Shown: positions 21,414 to 31,356, numbered from the stretch's first letter. The stretch: 64,000 bases of DNA from Promethearchaeota archaeon (GCA_016840085.1 JAEOTA010000014.1:31025-95024); one strand, 5' to 3'. Numbers and translations are program-made. The notes: generated by a model not told the origin, from the sequence alone.

Positions 21414-21466
21414 TTTTTTTTAATAAAATTTACTTTATAAAAGTTCAAAAATGAATATTAAACACA

Positions 21467-21886
21467 CTATACGTTAAATAATCTATAAGGTACTCCGAAA
21501 AATGTATCTCCTCCAATGATCTCTAAAATTTTATCTCTAGTATAAACAGTATCATAATAAATAAATAATTCACCCTTTCCATTACATCTTTCATTAATCT
21601 CAACCCAAACATATTCAGGACTCGTGTTTTCGATCTCTTCTATAATATCCTTATGATCTTCAACAACTTGCCTGACTTTTTCAATTTCTGGGAGTTCTTC
21701 GCAAGGTAATTTTAGATTATAATTTATTGAATTCTTGATAGTTTTATACGCATAAATGACTATTGGAATGCTTGCTAGAGATATTATTATAACAATAGTT
21801 ATGATGATTAAAGCCCATATTCTACGTTGATTTTTTCTTCTTAGTGAAAGATTATTTCTAATAGGAATATAATCATCATCTTTCAT
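21467..21886 (-). CDS. Hypothetical single-TM protein
   Basis: Basic patch followed by one TM helix; FFGVPY C-terminus. Confidence 0.6.
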   Translation of the reverse strand: MKDDDYIPIRNNLSLRRKNQRRIWALIIITIVIIISLASIPIVIYAYKTIKNSINYNLKLPCEELPEIEKVRQVVEDHKDIIEEIENTSPEYVWVEINERCNGKGELFIYYDTVYTRDKILEIIGGDTFFGVPYRLFNV

Positions 21887-22121
21887 GATATTCTCTCTTT
21901 CTCTATTTTTAAGTAGTATTTTCTGCCGATGATTAAATTGAAAACTTCCTTTTTAAATTTATTGGGTAAAAAACAAAAATAATCAAAAATTTCCAATATC
22001 CTTTTGAAAATTAGATGAAAAAATTTATTTAAGAGCAATTATTTAATAATTTATTCAGTAGCAATTAGAATGCTAAAGCTAAGGGTAAATTTTAAATACA
22101 ACTTTTAGTGGTGAGTAAAAC

Positions 22122-22427
22122 ATACAAAAAGCACGCATACGGTTGTCATCTACTCAATTAGATTCATTGCAATCAGTATGCGAGCAAGTGTTACAGGTTT
22201 GTCGTAGTCAGGGCATCAAAAAAAATGGTCCTATTCCCCTTCCTACTAAAAGATTGCGTGTACCAGTAATGAAGGCGCCTAGTGGCCAAGGTACTAGTAC
22301 CTGGGCAAAATTTGAGATGAGAATTCATAAAAGACTTTTTGAAATTATCGCAAATGAGCGCAGTATGCATCTCATCATGAAAATTCAGATTCCTGAATCA
22401 GTTCTCGTAGAAATTGAATTAATGTAG
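22122..22427 (+). CDS. rps10: 30S ribosomal protein uS10 (probable ATA start)
   Basis: (M)QKARIRLSST, GPIPLPTKRL, EMRIHKRL; in-frame TAA at 22116; SD GGTGA at 22110-22114. Confidence 0.93.
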   Translation: MQKARIRLSSTQLDSLQSVCEQVLQVCRSQGIKKNGPIPLPTKRLRVPVMKAPSGQGTSTWAKFEMRIHKRLFEIIANERSMHLIMKIQIPESVLVEIELM

Positions 22428-22469
22428 TTTGAGTCGATTTTTATATTGGAATAGAATACTTTAACTTAG

Positions 22470-23225
22470 TTATAATTCATCTAATTTAATTTGAATTGGT
22501 TCATTAGCTAATTTTGCTTTTTCATCGATTTCAATAATATCAACATAATAAACATTTCCGAGAATTTCTGTTCTTTGACCAATTTTTACATCCTTACCCT
22601 TTATATTTCCATCAACATGCGTTTTGATAATATTTACTTTATTTTTAGCAAGAATACTTCCGTGTATTTTATAATGTTGTTTCTTAATTTTTTCTTGAAC
22701 TCCAATTATAACATTTTCAGCAACAACATTCCCTTCAATATTAGTTGATCCATTAATATTAATATTTTTCTCAGAAGATAGATTTCCATTGATATCTGAA
22801 GAGCCAGAAAGATTAACACTTTGCTCTCCCCTCACAAAATTTCCACCTATAAATGTTCCAGATGCTATTAAAGATCCTTGAATAGTAATAATATTCCCCA
22901 CTTGTGCTGAACCAGCAAAATCAGCACTTTCATCACCATAAAGGAATCCTGCCACATTAAATGTGCCTGAACTACTAATATCCCCATGAACAGTAACATT
23001 ACCAGATCCATTTAAAGAACCTGAAGTCGTAAGTCCACTACATTCTAAATCCCCATTAATTTTTCCTGAACCTGCTATTCGTATAGATTTATCTACTTTT
23101 CCACCAGAAATTTTTGCAGAACCTGAAACGCTTATATGTTTGTCAAATTCAGTGAAATCACCTGAACTACTTATCATAGCTCTTTTTTCGGGTTTTTCAA
23201 TAGAATCATCATCTTTTTTTTCCAT
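22470..23225 (-). CDS. Bactofilin-like (polymer-forming cytoskeletal) beta-helix protein
   Basis: Repeated [IV]xGx[IVL] units, e.g. SGSAKISGG, GKINGDL, VHGDI, IEGNV, VDGNIKG. Confidence 0.75.
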   Translation of the reverse strand: MEKKDDDSIEKPEKRAMISSSGDFTEFDKHISVSGSAKISGGKVDKSIRIAGSGKINGDLECSGLTTSGSLNGSGNVTVHGDISSSGTFNVAGFLYGDESADFAGSAQVGNIITIQGSLIASGTFIGGNFVRGEQSVNLSGSSDINGNLSSEKNININGSTNIEGNVVAENVIIGVQEKIKKQHYKIHGSILAKNKVNIIKTHVDGNIKGKDVKIGQRTEILGNVYYVDIIEIDEKAKLANEPIQIKLDEL

Positions 23226-23411
23226 ACTTTTAACCTTCTATAATAATTGATTTACAGTTATATAAAATCAAGTTTAATAAAACTTTTACTTATTTACTAA
23301 AATTTTCGAAAAAACTATGTATCTAATTAATCAGATTTAAATCAATAAATAAATATAATTTTATTAAATAAATGGACGATATCTTAAAAAATAATATAAT
23401 AGTGTATTGAA

Positions 23412-24131
23412 TTGGCTGATTTTCATACAAAAACGTTTTATGGACAAGAATCAAGTTTAATTATTACTAGTCCTGCGAAAATGGTTCCATATATCTTTTT
23501 AAGTTGTATAAAGAGAAAAGATAATGGAACTTGGGAACATACTACTGAAGGGGAAGGAAAAACCGTTAAAATGTCAATCGAAGAAATAGTATGTATCTTA
23601 GAAGTCCTTCATAGAAGGAGTGCCAACTGGCGAGGATATCACGTTTTCAAAGATCGCAAAACAGAGATTTATGTAGGCTGGGAAGATGAAACTCGGCAAT
23701 TGTTACAAGTTAAACTAGGAGATTATATAAAAAAAGTCCGGTTTCCGAATTTAAATTTTTTAACATTGTTGCTTGAACATATATTAAAAGAGAAAATCGA
23801 ATTTGCTACAAGTGGGACTTTTGAATCTAAGACAAAAGAAAAAATAGAAATTGATGAAGAAGCAGAATATGGTGTGTTTGCTGAACATATCACAGCTAGA
23901 GACGGATTACATATAGTAGAAACTACTGAATATGGTGTTTCAGTTGATACAATAGATATAAAAGCAAAAATTAAAGTTGAAAGCCCTAAGGCGTTATTAA
24001 TTACTCTCGATACAGAAGAAGAATTCTGGATTCCAAAAAGTTGTATCCACAGCGATTTTGATGTGAGTAAGAAAAGTAAACCTCAGAAATTTATTGTAGA
24101 TAAATGGATAATTGAAAAACATCAAATTTGA
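23412..24131 (+). CDS. Hypothetical protein (possible Whirly/PC4-like N-domain; C-terminal FWIPKS domain)
   Basis: 239-aa ORF overlapping the next gene by 4 nt. Confidence 0.6.
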   Translation: MADFHTKTFYGQESSLIITSPAKMVPYIFLSCIKRKDNGTWEHTTEGEGKTVKMSIEEIVCILEVLHRRSANWRGYHVFKDRKTEIYVGWEDETRQLLQVKLGDYIKKVRFPNLNFLTLLLEHILKEKIEFATSGTFESKTKEKIEIDEEAEYGVFAEHITARDGLHIVETTEYGVSVDTIDIKAKIKVESPKALLITLDTEEEFWIPKSCIHSDFDVSKKSKPQKFIVDKWIIEKHQI

Positions 24132-25393
24132 AAATGATTGAAACCAATGAGAATCTGAAGTTTTACGAACGTCCTATATTTTTAAACTTTTTGTTGTTAA
24201 CTATAACTATTTTATTATTCATTTTAAAATTAATATTTTCATCTATATCCAATAGTTTAGCACTTCAAGCAGACGCCTTTGATAACCTTACTGATATAGT
24301 AATGGTAGTTGCAGCATTAATAGGAATTATATATTCTAGAAAAAAGCCTAATGAAAAATTTCCTTATGGTTATTATAAAATAGAAAATATCGTTAGCTTG
24401 ATTATTTCAATATTTATTTTTTATACTGCTTATAATATTATTTTGCAATCAATTAGAGAAATCTTAAGCTTTATTTCAGGTAATTTGAAAACTATCGAGA
24501 CATCAATTTTAATCTACGTCTTTTTGGTAATTTCTTTAATTATTTCTTTATCCATTACTCTTTATTTAAAGATCATAGGAAAGAAAACGAACTCACCTGT
24601 AATTGAGGCAGAAGCAAGCGAAAAATTATATGATAATTTTATATCTTTATCAGTTTTGATCGGATTTATCGGTGCTAGTTTTAATTTATATCTTTTAGAC
24701 TCAATAATTGGATTATTCATTGCTCTCTTTATTATTAAAGGGGGTTTTGATATTTTTTTAAACTCAACAAAAATCTTGCTTGATGCAGTTATAGATTTTG
24801 ATAAAAGAACTGAACTTTATAATTTAATAGAAACATTTCCAAAGATTAAAAAAATAGAACGGTTAGAAATAAGATCTTATGGAAAATATGTATTTCTAGA
24901 AGTAAATGTTAATTTAAGCAAAGATCTTACTTTAAACCAAGTTCAAACGTTAAAAAATCTCATAAATATAAAGATTAAGGAATCATTCCCTCAGATATTT
25001 AAAGTAGTAATATTAACTCAAACTGAAGAGAAACCTATAACGAAAGTAGCTATTCCCTTAATTGATAATAATGGATTAAACTCACATATATCTGATCATT
25101 TTGGAGAAGCTCTCTATTTTGCTTTATTTGAAATAGAAGAAAGTGATGTGGGAAAACATTTATTGAATTATAATATAGTAACTAACAAATTTATTAAAGA
25201 AGAAAAGAGAAAAGGAATTTTAATCTCAGATTGGTTAATTTCATATAAAATCGATAAAATATTTTTAAAAAAAGACCTAAAAATAGGTCCCAAATTAATC
25301 TTCGAAAAAGGTCTAATTTCAATAGAGATAACAGAACTAAATAATTTAAATGAAATAATAAACTATGAATTAAAACTTTTAAAATCTACATAA
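24128..25393 (+). CDS. Cation diffusion facilitator with C-terminal NifB/NifX-like domain
   Basis: SLALQADAFDNLTD, FPYGYYKIE, 6 TM; KVAIP..ISDHFGEAxYF. Confidence 0.85.
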   Translation: MKMIETNENLKFYERPIFLNFLLLTITILLFILKLIFSSISNSLALQADAFDNLTDIVMVVAALIGIIYSRKKPNEKFPYGYYKIENIVSLIISIFIFYTAYNIILQSIREILSFISGNLKTIETSILIYVFLVISLIISLSITLYLKIIGKKTNSPVIEAEASEKLYDNFISLSVLIGFIGASFNLYLLDSIIGLFIALFIIKGGFDIFLNSTKILLDAVIDFDKRTELYNLIETFPKIKKIERLEIRSYGKYVFLEVNVNLSKDLTLNQVQTLKNLINIKIKESFPQIFKVVILTQTEEKPITKVAIPLIDNNGLNSHISDHFGEALYFALFEIEESDVGKHLLNYNIVTNKFIKEEKRKGILISDWLISYKIDKIFLKKDLKIGPKLIFEKGLISIEITELNNLNEIINYELKLLKST

Positions 25394-25448
25394 AAATTAA
25401 ATGTTATTTTAGATTTTTGAATACTTATTAAAACTTACACTGATTTTA

Positions 25449-26279
25449 ATGGAATTGGATATCAACTTCTTAAAACAAATTGCTATTGATGTATTTAATA
25501 AAGTGAATCCTTTATTGGGTTCAAAAGAAGCAGCAGAGAAATCAATGAGAGGTGCTGGAGGTGATTTGTCTATGAATATTGACATTATTGCTGAGAATGT
25601 GATAATTGAATCGTTAGAAAAAGCTAATATTAATTTATTATTGATTAGTGAAGAGATTGGAGAGAAATTTATAGGAGATAAATACAAAGCATTAATAAAT
25701 CAAAATGTGCTAATAGTCGACCCTATAGATGGGTCTAATAATGCTGTAAGGGGGATACCATATTGTTCTACTTCTTTAGCATATGCAATCGGTACAAAAA
25801 TTAGTGACATCAAGAAAGCCGTTGTTATTAATCTAATCACTAAAGATATCTATTGGGCAGAAAAAGGAAAAGGGGCTTACTTGAATGATAAAAAAGTTAA
25901 AATATCTAATCTAGATATAACTCAAAATTGCTTTTTTGAACTTAACCTCCCTATGAAAAATTTAATGAAGAATTTGCAGAAGTTAGCTCCAATTATAAGG
26001 AGCCTTTTTCGAATTCGGATATTAGGTAGTAGTGCTTTATCTTTATGCCATGTGGCAAGCGGAAATATGGAAGCTTTTATTAACTTGCGAAATAGCAATA
26101 GATTAGTGGACGTAGCGGCAGGGATTTTAATCTTAAAAGAAGCAGAGGGACGAATATTTTCTTTAGAGGGAGCTGAAATTGAATATGAATTATCGATTAA
26201 TTCAAAATTTCCATTTATAGCATGCAATGCTGAGTTCGAATCATTCCTTAAAAAAAAATTGATCAAAAAAAAGAATTAA
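25449..26279 (+). CDS. suhB: Inositol monophosphatase / FBPase (archaeal IMPase family)
   Basis: SEE, DPIDGS, GSSALSLC, DVAAG. Confidence 0.88.
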   Translation: MELDINFLKQIAIDVFNKVNPLLGSKEAAEKSMRGAGGDLSMNIDIIAENVIIESLEKANINLLLISEEIGEKFIGDKYKALINQNVLIVDPIDGSNNAVRGIPYCSTSLAYAIGTKISDIKKAVVINLITKDIYWAEKGKGAYLNDKKVKISNLDITQNCFFELNLPMKNLMKNLQKLAPIIRSLFRIRILGSSALSLCHVASGNMEAFINLRNSNRLVDVAAGILILKEAEGRIFSLEGAEIEYELSINSKFPFIACNAEFESFLKKKLIKKKN

Positions 26280-26319
26280 TATCATTTATTAATCAGCATA
26301 TAAAGAGGGATAATAAGAT

Positions 26320-27480
26320 ATGAATTCAAGAGAAAGGGTAAATACTACTTTAAATCATGTAGAACCAGATAAGGTACCTTTAGATTTGGGAGGTAATCAA
26401 TCTAGTATACATATTAAAGTTTATAAGAAATTAATAGAATATCTCGAGATTGAGGATAAAGAGATTCAAATTTTAGATTTTATTCAGCAAATCGCCATTC
26501 CTTGCGAGGAATTATTGGAACGGTTTAATATAGATATTAGGTACATCCGACCGCTTGGAGGTATGGTAAAAATTGATGATTTCGAACTCCAATATGAGGG
26601 GCAGTATGTTGGTGTCTATGACCAATTCGGTTGCTTTTGGGGGAATGATGCGAATAAAGATATAGATGAAATATTATATTACGACCCTGTAATTCATCCG
26701 TTTGCAGATCTTAAAACAGTTCAAGAAATTAAAGATTTTGACTGGCCTAATGGAAAAGATAAATCTCCATTTGAAGGTTTAAAGGATTATACTAAGAGAA
26801 TTCATGAAACTACTGATTATGCATTAGTAACACATCCTTCTGGTTGTATATATGAATATACTACGTTTCTTTTTGGATTTATAAAGGCTTTAATATATCT
26901 TAAAAAAAAGCCAGAATTGATTAAAGCTGCTATGGAAGGGCTATTAGAATATTGGATAGATTATAATATTACATTTTTAAATGAGGTTGGTGAATTTATT
27001 GATGTTATTTGTATCAATGGAGACTTAGCAGAACAAGCAGGACCAATAATGAGTTTAAAAATCTATGAGGAACTTATAAAGCCTGTTGAGAGAAAATTAT
27101 CAGAAAAAATCCACGAATTAGCTGAAATTAAAATTAATTATCATTCCTGCGGGTCGATTCCTTTATTTATTCCCCACTTTGCAGACATTAAATATGATGC
27201 TGTTAATCCTGTCCAGATATCTGCTTATGATATGGAACCCTGTAGCCTAAAGAAACGCTATGGAAATATGATAACGTTTTGGGGTGGATTATGCAACACT
27301 CAGCAGACACTTCCTTTTGGAACACCTAAACAGATTCGAGAAGAAGTTAAAAGAAATTTTGAATGTTTCAAACCAGGAGGGGGATTTATTGCAGCGAATA
27401 TTCATAATATTACTGCAGAAGTCCCACCTCAAAATATTGTAGCTATGTTCGATGCCGCTAATGAATTTAGGGAATATTAA
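26320..27480 (+). CDS. Uroporphyrinogen decarboxylase-like (MtaA/CmuA superfamily)
   Basis: MNSRERV..EPDKVPLD, HSCG, NPVQ, FWGG, GGGFI..HNI. Confidence 0.85.
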   Translation: MNSRERVNTTLNHVEPDKVPLDLGGNQSSIHIKVYKKLIEYLEIEDKEIQILDFIQQIAIPCEELLERFNIDIRYIRPLGGMVKIDDFELQYEGQYVGVYDQFGCFWGNDANKDIDEILYYDPVIHPFADLKTVQEIKDFDWPNGKDKSPFEGLKDYTKRIHETTDYALVTHPSGCIYEYTTFLFGFIKALIYLKKKPELIKAAMEGLLEYWIDYNITFLNEVGEFIDVICINGDLAEQAGPIMSLKIYEELIKPVERKLSEKIHELAEIKINYHSCGSIPLFIPHFADIKYDAVNPVQISAYDMEPCSLKKRYGNMITFWGGLCNTQQTLPFGTPKQIREEVKRNFECFKPGGGFIAANIHNITAEVPPQNIVAMFDAANEFREY

Positions 27481-27486
27481 AACAAA

Positions 27487-28572
27487 TTAATCGGGCACAT
27501 CAATCGGATAATTTCCATATTTCCTTCTTATATTTTGCATAGCTTCAAATCGATCTATAGTAACAGCAGGATTTATACTGTGGCCAGAACTAAAAATATA
27601 TCCTCCTCCTGGTGCTAATTCTCTAATTAATTTTTTTGCATAAGATTCAATTTCAGAAATTTCGCCCATTGCTAACATTACTGGACTTAAATTACCTGAA
27701 AATGTTATTTTATCTCCATATCTTTGATTTAATTTGAAAATATTATATTCTGGATTTGCTGTTGTTGACTCTAGTGGATTTATAGCATCAACTCCACATT
27801 TTACAATATCTTCGAAAATTTCCAAAAGATCACCATCAGAATGTAAAAAAATTATACAATCACGTTTATGGGCTGCATCACATATTCTTCTTAGCCAAGG
27901 GAACACATACTTCCTATATTTATTAGGAGACATAAATAGACCATTTTTAAAACCATAATCATCCCACAACAATACGATTTTAGCATCTTTTTCAGCTAAA
28001 ATTTTTACAATTTCTAGCGTAAAACTGCCTCTGTCGTCAAAAACCTTTTTTATTTTTTTATGGTTTGCTAAAATTCTTGAAAATGTCTCTATACCAAAAC
28101 CTTCCCATGTACACTCCATTAAAGAACCAGTTGCTGGAATGGAAAAAACTTCATTGTTTATATCTTTTTGAACTTTTCTTCCATTTAGAAATTGATCTAA
28201 ACGTCCTTTTAAGTTCGGATCTGGCTGTTCCCAACTCTCATAATCTTCAAAACTTTTAAAATGTCCTCCATGGTAAGCTAGTATTTGAGTACCATCTTTA
28301 TATGGTTCAAATTTCATATGTCTTCCATATTCATCAATGAATCCCTCATTTTTTTTAAGAAATTTTCGAGGAAATAAACTTACAAAGCTTAAAACTAAAT
28401 CAATCCCTACTTTTCGTAAAAATTCATAAGATAATTTGTAACCTCCTGCTCCTTTTGGATCGATTCCATAATGTCTCATAATTGTATTATTTGTAAAGGC
28501 ACTTTCAAATGCAGGAACACGATCAGGTTCTTCATGATTAATTGCTTTTAAAACTCTTTCTGGTGCTTTCAT
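27487..28572 (-). CDS. Uroporphyrinogen decarboxylase-like protein
   Basis: ERVLKAI..EPDRVP, DDYG, HSDG, NPLE, GGGYIFSSGHSI. Confidence 0.85.
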   Translation of the reverse strand: MKAPERVLKAINHEEPDRVPAFESAFTNNTIMRHYGIDPKGAGGYKLSYEFLRKVGIDLVLSFVSLFPRKFLKKNEGFIDEYGRHMKFEPYKDGTQILAYHGGHFKSFEDYESWEQPDPNLKGRLDQFLNGRKVQKDINNEVFSIPATGSLMECTWEGFGIETFSRILANHKKIKKVFDDRGSFTLEIVKILAEKDAKIVLLWDDYGFKNGLFMSPNKYRKYVFPWLRRICDAAHKRDCIIFLHSDGDLLEIFEDIVKCGVDAINPLESTTANPEYNIFKLNQRYGDKITFSGNLSPVMLAMGEISEIESYAKKLIRELAPGGGYIFSSGHSINPAVTIDRFEAMQNIRRKYGNYPIDVPD

Positions 28573-28666
28573 TATCCCCTAGTTTTTAAGAAGTAATTTG
28601 AATTTATATAAGTAATAACATTATTCTTGATAAATAAATAATTCTTTCGATAATTTAAATAAGTCG

Positions 28667-29269
28667 TTGATTAATCTTAAAAAACTGAATAGAGAGTTCT
28701 TCAATAGAAAAACTAAAATAGTAGCAGAGGACTTATTAGGGAAATATTTAGTAAGAGAAACTGTAAATGGTAAAATGGTTGGGAAAATTATTGAAGTTGA
28801 AGCTTACCTCGGTCCTAACGATAAGGCCAGTCATTCATATAATTTCAAAAAAACTGAAAGAACAAGGGTCATGTATGAAGAACCTGGAACTCTATATGTT
28901 TATCTTATTTATGGAATGTATTATTGCTTAAATGTTATAACTGAGCCAAAAAATATGCCTTGTGCTGTTTTAATTAGACAATTGTATCCAATTGAAGGAA
29001 TTGAGCAGATGAATGAATATAGAACTGTAAAAATCGGAAAAGATTTTAAAAATCTGACTGATGGACCAGGGAAGCTGTGCATGGCTCTAAATATAACAAA
29101 ATCGAAATTTAATGGTAAAGATTCTTGTTCTATAGATTCGAAATTATTCTTTACTCAAGGTGAAAAAATAAATAAAAAGGATATTATTACACACAAAAGA
29201 ATTGGCATTAATTATGCAGAAGAAGATAAAGACCAACTTCTAAGATTCTCTCTAGTGAAAGATAATTAG
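28667..29269 (+). CDS. mpg: DNA-3-methyladenine glycosylase (MPG/AAG family)
   Basis: IIEVEAY, DKASH, YVYLIYGMY, AVLIR, GPGKLC, RIGI. Confidence 0.93.
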   Translation: MINLKKLNREFFNRKTKIVAEDLLGKYLVRETVNGKMVGKIIEVEAYLGPNDKASHSYNFKKTERTRVMYEEPGTLYVYLIYGMYYCLNVITEPKNMPCAVLIRQLYPIEGIEQMNEYRTVKIGKDFKNLTDGPGKLCMALNITKSKFNGKDSCSIDSKLFFTQGEKINKKDIITHKRIGINYAEEDKDQLLRFSLVKDN

Positions 29270-29473
29270 AATTTTACTTAAAATGTAATCGATAAGTAAT
29301 ATTATGCTGACCCTTCTATGCTTGTTTTTAGAAATTCTAAATTTTCACATGAAAAATTTGACAATAATGGAAAAAGTTTAAATATTCGTGTTTTCAATGA
29401 TTATTTGGAACTTAGGATTAATGGGTTAAGGTTTTTAACAAGGACTTAAAATTAAGATTTTAAAGGTGATTAT

Positions 29474-29938
29474 GTGGTAAAGGATGCTCTTAAGTTTTTC
29501 CAGGCCTATGTCCATGAGATGATAGATGTGGGCGGAAATAATTTACCCAAAGCTATTTCAGTAAAATCTGGTTCAAAGTTAGGAAAATTTTATAAAGAAA
29601 GAGGGTCGTCATTAGATATGGAAATCGTCTTAAAGCAGTTCTATACTGGCTTGAATGGAAAACCAACTATCACAAAATTAAATGAAAATACTTATGAAGT
29701 TGTAATAAAATATCCAAAAAAGTTTTGTCCAATCGGAGGAAGTTATAATCCTTCCCGAGCTTCTATATTTCAAGATAATATTTGTATTCCCTACATGAGA
29801 GGATTTTTTAATGAATTATTTCCTCAATTTACAACTGAAGCTGATTTTTTAAATTGTATTCCTTTAACAAATCAGCGAACTTGTCATTACATTTTAAAAT
29901 TGCAGAATAAAAAACATACAGGTAATTCACCTAATTAA
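29474..29938 (+). CDS. V4R/MetOD1-like Cys-containing domain protein, copy 1
   Basis: FCPIGG, ICIPY, C..C; paralog of 30167-30616. Confidence 0.6.
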   Translation: MVKDALKFFQAYVHEMIDVGGNNLPKAISVKSGSKLGKFYKERGSSLDMEIVLKQFYTGLNGKPTITKLNENTYEVVIKYPKKFCPIGGSYNPSRASIFQDNICIPYMRGFFNELFPQFTTEADFLNCIPLTNQRTCHYILKLQNKKHTGNSPN

Positions 29939-30166
29939 AAAGTAATTCCAAAAGTGTAATCCGTCAATCGCGGGGTTTTTTTCCAGTCTCTTTTAGAAAT
30001 ATTTGATCTTAAATATTCAAACCTTTTAAAAATCTAGTCTAAATTTTAAGATATTCGTCATTATCTATTATCAAATAAATAATTTTAATAAAAACTATTA
30101 AATACTTTTGAATTGAGATTTAAGTAAGTTTTCTTCAATAATTTTAAATAAGGATTTTGGGGATAA

Positions 30167-30616
30167 ATGTCAAAAAATAGAGATGCTTTAAAGTTTTTCC
30201 AGAATTTTATTCGCGAAATGATTGATATCGGAGGTCCCAATCTCCCAAAATCTATTTCAGCAAGCTTAGGAGCGAAATTAGGCAAATTATTAAAGGAACG
30301 CGGAGTATCTGGGATAGAAAATAGTTTAAAGAAAATTTATAATGCAGTAAATGCTAAGACTAAAATAAAATCAATTGGGGATAATATCCTCGAGATAACA
30401 CTTAAACATTCAAAGAAATTTTGTCCTATAGGTGGCAAAGTTAATCCAGAAAGGGCTGAAGTTATTCAAAGTACAATATGTATTCCTTACACTTTAGCCA
30501 TTTTAAACAGTTTGGATTCTGATTTAAAATATAATGTTGAATTTCAAAACTGTATTCTTAAGTCTAACAATAAAATTTGCCAGTATAGATTAACCATAGA
30601 AGAGAAAAAAAAGTAG
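30167..30616 (+). CDS. V4R/MetOD1-like domain protein, copy 2
   Basis: Shares DALKFFQ..EMIDxGGxNLPK, KKFCPIGG and ICIPY with copy 1. Confidence 0.6.
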   Translation: MSKNRDALKFFQNFIREMIDIGGPNLPKSISASLGAKLGKLLKERGVSGIENSLKKIYNAVNAKTKIKSIGDNILEITLKHSKKFCPIGGKVNPERAEVIQSTICIPYTLAILNSLDSDLKYNVEFQNCILKSNNKICQYRLTIEEKKK

Positions 30617-30669
30617 TAGCAGTCAATTATAATTTTATATTAAAACCCGAATCTAAACCTCAATTATAT

Positions 30670-30985
30670 TGCTAAACCAGAGGTCATGCCTCTCCACACC
30701 CTTACTTTCTTCATATACCGTATAAATACGGTGCTATTATAAAGCGTAAATACCTATAGTTATGGTTGCTCCATCCCTGGCCTAACCAGTTTTCTAATTA
30801 TGAGCTTATATCTTTCCTACAAAAGGTACCGCTCTGATACCTACCATTATAGGGAATGCTTCGACGAGGACATAACGGTGGATAACAATATTCATGAAAT
30901 CTTAACTCGGGCAATTTCCGCTAATGTGCATTTCACGGTCCATTCAGCATGGAATATCAGCCATTGCACAACTTGGCCAAGTTAC
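30670..30985 (-). ncRNA. ffs: Signal recognition particle (7S) RNA; ends approximate
   Basis: Minus strand has helix 8 GGUU-AGG-CCA-GGGA-UGG-AGC-AACC (30764-30787), preceded by helix 6 CCUAUAA..AGGUAUC-AGAGC-GGUACCU..UUGUAGG (30816-30853); GC-enriched ~300 nt island; TATA-like element near 31010. Confidence 0.78.
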
Positions 30986-31073
30986 GATAATTCATACTAT
31001 AATTTAAAATTTATAATATTAGGAATGGGACAGGATATCTTAAGTTGTATAAAAATTAAGAGATTATAAAATG

Positions 31074-31241
31074 TTACAAATGTTCCGAAATTATTTTTTC
31101 TTTTACCAGTTTTCTTCTAATTATTGATAAGAACTCTTTTGTATCAGGAAATACATATACAATATCTTCTCCATCATCTTCAATTGTAACTTCTCTGTAA
31201 AATTTTCCCTCTACTTTAGTTTTTAAATCATTTACAATCAT
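31074..31241 (-). CDS. Small hypothetical protein (55 aa, not in ORF track)
   Basis: ATG..TAA frame MIVNDLKTKVEGKFYREVTIEDDGEDIVYVFPDTKEFLSIIRRKLVKEKIISEHL. Confidence 0.5.
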   Translation of the reverse strand: MIVNDLKTKVEGKFYREVTIEDDGEDIVYVFPDTKEFLSIIRRKLVKEKIISEHL

Positions 31242-31356
31242 AAATAGAAGATGTAAAAAAATAATTCAAAAAAACATATAGCATGGTGATAACACTCAAG
31301 AAAATTCAAAATCTGAATAGTAAATCAATTCAGAAACTAATGGAATTTATAATATT

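Noticed and set aside
30800-31069. 89-aa plus-strand ORF
   Set aside because: Overlaps the SRP RNA on the opposite strand and has no recognisable motifs
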